NCBI GenBank assembly: GCA_003212795.1
Contig: QCOV01000001.1
Span: forward strand, 695,231 to 759,230
Length of the DNA stretch: 64,000 nucleotides
Source: OCS116 cluster bacterium AG-435-F03
Lineage (GTDB): Bacteria > Pseudomonadota > Alphaproteobacteria > MED-G09
Direction: 5' to 3'
In this document: positions 59,176 to 64,000 of the stretch, piece after piece
Numbering within the stretch: position 1 is the first letter of the stretch
How the letters are laid out: each line of letters opens with the position of its first letter
Program-made: the position numbers and the translations under genes
Notes under the pieces: model-generated
The model's input: only the letters and a program-made list of their open reading frames with translations
Databases searched by the model: none
What the model was told of the DNA's origin: nothing

Positions 59176-60672
59176 TTGGATATCAATTATTCAAATCCAG
59201 TAAATTTTAAACTTAAAGATTATGATGAAAAGCCTGAAATATATAATTTAGGTTTCAGAGAGTATGATGCACGCTGGTTATATCCTGAACAAATTAATTT
59301 AGCAGGCGTTCAAAAAATTGGACTAGGTTTAGGAAAGCTTATCAAGCAATCAGATAATAATGGAAAAATTTCTGTAGGACATGATTTTCGATCATACTCA
59401 GAAGAAATAAAAGAAGCTCTTATTGGGGGATTAATAGCCTCAGGAGTTGATGTTTATGATGTAGGTTTAACAATTTCTCCTGGAGCTTATTTTTCTCAAT
59501 ATTTTCTCGACTGTGATAATGTTGCAATGGTTACAGCTAGCCATAATCCTAATGGTTGGACAGGAATAAAAATGGGAAATGAAAAGACCCTCACCTTTGG
59601 TCCAGATCTAATTAATAACTTAAAAAAGCTTATAGAGAAAAAAGATAACACCTCAAATAAGAATGGAAAATATATTTTTAGGAACATCAATAATGAGTAT
59701 CTTACAGATCTAATTTCAAAGTATAAAATAAATAGAAAAATTAAAGCTGTAGTAGCATGTGGAAATGGGACAGCGGGTCTTTTTGTTCCTAAAGCTCTTA
59801 GTTCATTAGGTGTTGAGGTTATTCCGTTGCATTGCGATTTAGATAGCTCATTTCCAAACTATAATCCTAATCCTGAAGATTTAATAATGTTAAAAGATTT
59901 AGGAAAAAATGTTTTAGAAAATAATGCAGATATAGGTTTTGCATTTGACGGTGATGGAGATCGCGTAGGTGTAGTTGATAATAAAGGACAAGAAATATTT
60001 GCAGATAAAATTGGGTTACTAATTGCTCGAAATTTATCCTTGGAAAATTCAAATTCAAAATTTGTAGTTGATGTTAAGTCGACTTCCCTTTTTCTGACTG
60101 ATAAAATTCTTAAAAAGAACAATTCTGAAATTGTATTATGGAAAACCGGCCACAGTTATATTAAGAGAAAAACAACTGAGATAAATGCTACAGCTGGTTT
60201 CGAAAGATCCGGTCATTTCTTTTTCAACAAACCCATAGGCCGAGGGTATGATGATGGTATTTTATCTGCACTTGAAATTCTAAAAATATTAGACAATAAC
60301 AAAAATAAAAAACTTAATGATTTATACAACGAGCTCCCTATCACCTTCTCCTCACCAACTATGTCTCCAAAATGCCCTGAAGAAAAAAAATATGATGTTG
60401 TGGATAAAATAAAAAATATTTTTCAAAATAAAATGAAAAACAATGAGCCTTTAGCAGGGCAAAAAATACTATCTATCTTAACTGTAAATGGAGTTAGAAT
60501 TCACCTTGAAGATGGCTCATGGGGTTTAGTAAGAGCTTCATCAAATTCACCTAATCTTGTTGTTGTGTGTGAAAGCACAGTATCCGAGGTAAGAATGAAA
60601 GAAGTATTTCATGGTCTTAATACTGAATTAATAAAATTTGAAGAAATTGGTGATTACGATCAGAAAATTTAA
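59176..60672 (+). CDS. Phosphomannomutase/phosphoglucomutase (alpha-D-phosphohexomutase family)
   Basis: Active-site TASHNP and Mg loop FDGDGDR. The TTG start directly abuts the upstream TAA, so the start is uncertain. Confidence 0.88.
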   Translation: MDINYSNPVNFKLKDYDEKPEIYNLGFREYDARWLYPEQINLAGVQKIGLGLGKLIKQSDNNGKISVGHDFRSYSEEIKEALIGGLIASGVDVYDVGLTISPGAYFSQYFLDCDNVAMVTASHNPNGWTGIKMGNEKTLTFGPDLINNLKKLIEKKDNTSNKNGKYIFRNINNEYLTDLISKYKINRKIKAVVACGNGTAGLFVPKALSSLGVEVIPLHCDLDSSFPNYNPNPEDLIMLKDLGKNVLENNADIGFAFDGDGDRVGVVDNKGQEIFADKIGLLIARNLSLENSNSKFVVDVKSTSLFLTDKILKKNNSEIVLWKTGHSYIKRKTTEINATAGFERSGHFFFNKPIGRGYDDGILSALEILKILDNNKNKKLNDLYNELPITFSSPTMSPKCPEEKKYDVVDKIKNIFQNKMKNNEPLAGQKILSILTVNGVRIHLEDGSWGLVRASSNSPNLVVVCESTVSEVRMKEVFHGLNTELIKFEEIGDYDQKI

Positions 60673-61491
60673 AAAAGCTCTAGATACATTCTTATTGATG
60701 TAAAAAGTAAAAAAATAGCAAATAATCTAGTTAATGTTTTCTTAGGAAGCGAGTGTGCGTATTTTGCTCCGAAAGGAGCTGAGAGAGCAGCCAAAGGAGC
60801 TATCAATATTAGACCTAATAAATTAACATAACCGAGTGAACCCGGTGGTAAATTAGCTACAAACAAACCAGTTATTATAAAAAATAATGTTCCTGGTATA
60901 GATAGAAAAAAACCTAGCCCTGCAGAAGTTCCTACAGCTTTATGAATAGGAATACCATATAAAGACATGATACTTACATTAAATGTTCCCCCCTCCAATA
61001 CCAAGCATGGATGAAAATGAACCAACCAATAAAGGGATATTGTAGCTAAAAAAACCAGACGGCAATTGATTTCCTATCCTTAAACTGTCATTTTGAGTTA
61101 ATAAATGAATACAAACCAATAGAGCTATTGTTGCAAAAAATAATGTCAAATAAAAACCAGATATTAATCCAGCTATAATTGCTCCAATAGCAGATCCTAT
61201 TAAAGTTGGTGCTATCCATTTTTTTATAATTGAGAAATCAACTGCATTATTTTTTTTGTGCGCTACATAAGAACGCCATCCTGTTGGTATAATGATAGCA
61301 AGAGATGTTGCTACAGAGACATGCATTATAATTTCGCTCGAAAAACCGAGTGAGGACAATACATGATATAGAATTGGAACAATTATTATTCCTCCACCAA
61401 CACCTAAAAGTCCTGCTATAAAGCCAGATAATAAACCTGAAAAAATCAAAGCAAAAAGAAAAGGCAAAAGACCAATACCATTATAATACAT
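60669..61491 (-). pseudogene. TSUP (TauE/SafE, DUF81) family anion permease, split by a single-base frameshift in a C6/G6 homopolymer
   Basis: The ORFs 61491-60979 and 61025-60669 are the two halves of one TSUP protein. Deleting one G from GGAGGGGGGAAC (C run at 60988-60993 on the plus strand) restores ...SSMLGIGGGTFNVSIMSLYGIPIHKAVGTSA... Confidence 0.8.
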
Positions 61492-62483
61492 TAAGCTACC
61501 TCTTTTTGAATTTCTTCAATTTTAATTAAAGCTTCCTTAATAACATTGATATCGCTTTTTCTTTTTGGAGCATTTTCAGATAAGTAACTTCTCCAAACTT
61601 TTGCTCCCTTAACTCCATGAAAAAGACCAAGCATGTGTCTTGTTATATGATTTATATATGTTCCATTTGCAATTTCAGACTCTATATAAGGTATCATCTC
61701 TCTAACAATATCAAATCTGGAATGATTTATTTTTTTATCTTTATAAAAAACATTGTCTATATTTGTTAAGATAAATGGATCTATATAAGCTGCTCTTCCC
61801 ATCATAATACCATCAGGATCATATTGATTTGAATTTAATTCCTTTTTAGCTTTTTCAATTGAATTAATACCCCCATTTAAAACCAAATTTAATTCGGGCC
61901 ATTTTCTTTTTATTAATCTAACTAGATCATAATCTAAAGGAGGAATTTCTCTATTTTTTTTAGGATCAAGTCCATTTAAAATAGCTTTTCTTGCATGTAT
62001 AATTATTGTTTTAATGCCTATTGAGTTCAATCTCTCAATCATAGCTGGTAAAACCTCATAAGGGTCATCATCATCAAGGCCAATTCTACATTTAACAGTT
62101 ACAGGAACACTTACGGATTTAATCATTGATCCTAGACAATCTTCAACCAAATCCATATCATTCATCAAACATGCTCCAAAGTTTCCTTCTTGAACCTTTT
62201 TTGAAGGACAACCTAGATTAAAATTGATTTCATCATATCCAAAGTCTTCACCACATTTAGCAGCATATGATAGATTTTTAGGATTACTACCTGCTATTTG
62301 AAGTGCAACAGGGTGTTCGGACCCATCAAACTTTAGAAAAAAATCCTTATCACCATATACTATGGTTTCAGAAACCACCATTTCACTGTACAAAAAAGCA
62401 TTTTTAGTAAGTTTTCGAAAAAAATAACGGCAATGCCGATCTGTATAATCAATCATTGGTGCTATGCAAAATTTATGTAACAT
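61491..62483 (-). CDS. dusA: tRNA-dihydrouridine synthase A
   Basis: 330 aa with IAPMIDYTDRHCRYF at the N-terminus, and NLGCPS containing the catalytic Cys. Confidence 0.9.
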   Translation of the reverse strand: MLHKFCIAPMIDYTDRHCRYFFRKLTKNAFLYSEMVVSETIVYGDKDFFLKFDGSEHPVALQIAGSNPKNLSYAAKCGEDFGYDEINFNLGCPSKKVQEGNFGACLMNDMDLVEDCLGSMIKSVSVPVTVKCRIGLDDDDPYEVLPAMIERLNSIGIKTIIIHARKAILNGLDPKKNREIPPLDYDLVRLIKRKWPELNLVLNGGINSIEKAKKELNSNQYDPDGIMMGRAAYIDPFILTNIDNVFYKDKKINHSRFDIVREMIPYIESEIANGTYINHITRHMLGLFHGVKGAKVWRSYLSENAPKRKSDINVIKEALIKIEEIQKEVA

Positions 62484-62637
62484 ATAGATCTCTTTCTAAA
62501 CCTTGTTTTGATAACATATTTTTACTATTTTAGCTTGCGATTAACACTTTAATAGTTAAATTGCCAATCATTCAGGGATTAGATCACGCTTTAATGATCA
62601 TATAGCTGAATAAATAAAAATTTTGGGGAGATATATA

Positions 62638-64000
62638 ATGAAATTTTTAACTAAGTTTTTGTTAATGTTTGCTCTTGTTTTGACAATGAATTTAAATGTT
62701 CAAGCTCAAGAAAGTGCTCCAACATTAGCAATTGAAGAAATAATTGTTACAGCCAGAAAAAAAGAGGAATCAATTCAAGATGTTCCTATGGCTGTGACTG
62801 CTATTACTGATCAATTGAATGAAGGTAGCGTTAGAAGAATTGAAGATATTCAAGCTTTTGCTCCTAATTTGTTTATTAACAGAACTCCTGGTATCGCAAG
62901 TGGTGCAGCAATAACTATTAGAGGTGTTGCGTCTCTTGAAAGTGATAAAAGCTATGAACCATCAATTGGTGTTGTAATGGATGGTATGTTCTTAGGTACA
63001 TCAAGTGGTGTTCTTTTAGATAATTTTGACATAGAGAGAATAGAGGTTCTTCGTGGACCACAAGGAACATTGTTCGGTAAAAATACAACAGGCGGTATTC
63101 TTAATGTCATTAGAACTCCTGTTTCCCTTACTGACCTCGGAGTTGATGCTAGCTTAACAATTGGTGAATTTGGAAGACAAGATCTAAAAGCAGTTGTCCA
63201 AGTTCCTATTATTGAAGATAAATTAGGCGTTAAAATATTTGCTGCAAGTATTGAACACGATGGTCATGTTTATAATACTTTCCTGGAAAAAGATGCTGGT
63301 GGAGATGACAAGTTAAATTATGGTTTTACTACTTTATGGGAACCTAATGATCAATTTAACCTCAAATTTCATTATGAAATAATGGAAGATAAAAGTGAGC
63401 AAGGTTCTTATGTTAACAGAAACCGTATAGGTGAATTAGCATGTACAATTACTCTAATTGGCTTTGATTCAAGAAATGGCTGTGAAATAAATGCAAATGA
63501 TGGTCCAAATACAGTTGAGTCAGATGGATCAAACTTTAGTGACAATGAGTATGAGTCGATAATTGTTACAGCTAATTATGATACTGAAAACTTCTTATAT
63601 ACATATATTTATTCAAATAGAGATATGGATGAACAAAATATGCAAGATTTTGATGGTTCACCTGCTCGTTTATTGAGAATGAACTTCTTTAATGATTGGG
63701 AGCAAACAAGTCATGAATTCAGAGTAACATCACAATTCTCAGATAAATTTCAATTTATCGCTGGTATCTATGATTGGGAAGCTGATTTTGCACAAAGATG
63801 GAATGTTTATGACCTATTTTATCAATTATCACGCTTAGGTGTTCCACCTTGGCCTTTCGGTAGAAAAGGTGTTGCTGGTTATGATGATGTAGATGTATGG
63901 GAAGATGATGTTGCTGGTAATAATGGACAAACACAAGTTACAGAATCAATAGCTGTGTTTGCTTCAGTAGACTGGTTTGTTACTGATCAATGGACAATAA
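62638..64000 (+). CDS. TonB-dependent receptor. The 5' part is present and the gene runs off the window. It is not in the ORF track.
   Basis: Hand translation gives MKFLTKFLLMFALVLTMNLNVQA/QESAP (signal peptide), then the plug domain IEEIIVTARKKEESIQDVPMAVTAI...IEVLRGPQGTLFGKNTTGG. A GGGGAG SD lies upstream. Confidence 0.9.
   Translation, partial: MKFLTKFLLMFALVLTMNLNVQAQESAPTLAIEEIIVTARKKEESIQDVPMAVTAITDQLNEGSVRRIEDIQAFAPNLFINRTPGIASGAAITIRGVASLESDKSYEPSIGVVMDGMFLGTSSGVLLDNFDIERIEVLRGPQGTLFGKNTTGGILNVIRTPVSLTDLGVDASLTIGEFGRQDLKAVVQVPIIEDKLGVKIFAASIEHDGHVYNTFLEKDAGGDDKLNYGFTTLWEPNDQFNLKFHYEIMEDKSEQGSYVNRNRIGELACTITLIGFDSRNGCEINANDGPNTVESDGSNFSDNEYESIIVTANYDTENFLYTYIYSNRDMDEQNMQDFDGSPARLLRMNFFNDWEQTSHEFRVTSQFSDKFQFIAGIYDWEADFAQRWNVYDLFYQLSRLGVPPWPFGRKGVAGYDDVDVWEDDVAGNNGQTQVTESIAVFASVDWFVTDQWTI

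Overview
AT-rich window (roughly 30% G+C by eye, not computed), almost entirely coding. Spacers are very short and many start/stop codons overlap. The gene content points to a streamlined marine alphaproteobacterium, possibly Pelagibacterales-like. The lineage call is an inference from three things: a circularly permuted two-piece tmRNA, the dcw-lpxC-bamD-ligA and hflKC-degP syntenies, and the compaction.

Core content:
- A complete dcw division/cell-wall cluster, mraZ through ftsZ (39.4-57.0 kb, minus strand).
- An approx. 13 kb co-directional minus-strand array: miaA, ilvIHC, leuA, mreB-mrdA-rodA, then an acyltransferase-P450-SDR trio.
- hflKC-degP, thyA-folA, fumC, uvrD, ligA, bamD and lpxC.
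- Two GC-rich RNA genes absent from the ORF track: ssrA (two-piece tmRNA, approx. 28.95-29.24 kb, plus strand) and rnpB (RNase P RNA, 57171-57512, minus strand).
- Accessory-looking material at both ends. At 0-10.5 kb: a secreted HNH nuclease, an AGCS symporter, phnCEE without phnD, a MATE pump and a five-enzyme redox/aminotransferase/acyltransferase patch. At 57.5-64 kb: GST, an SDR, phosphomannomutase, a frameshifted TSUP permease, dusA and a TonB-dependent receptor.

I found no CRISPR array, tRNA, rRNA, IS element, integrase or recognisable defence/toxin module.

The most interesting candidates are:
1. A Leu-rich mini-ORF whose stop codon lies inside a GC-rich hairpin just upstream of leuA (candidate attenuator).
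2. A 10-bp-phased xTGGx repeat array plus a consensus DnaA box upstream of mraZ.
3. A cysteine-free Mrp/ApbC homologue lacking the C-x-x-C motif.
4. A P450/SDR/5-alpha-reductase-like/divergent class IV aminotransferase/LPLAT gene patch fused to the 3' end of the elongasome operon.
5. An mreB-mrdA-rodA operon with no mreC or mreD.
6. A tmRNA with a non-canonical T-loop.

All calls come from reading the sequence and from motif recall. No searches or RNA folding were run.
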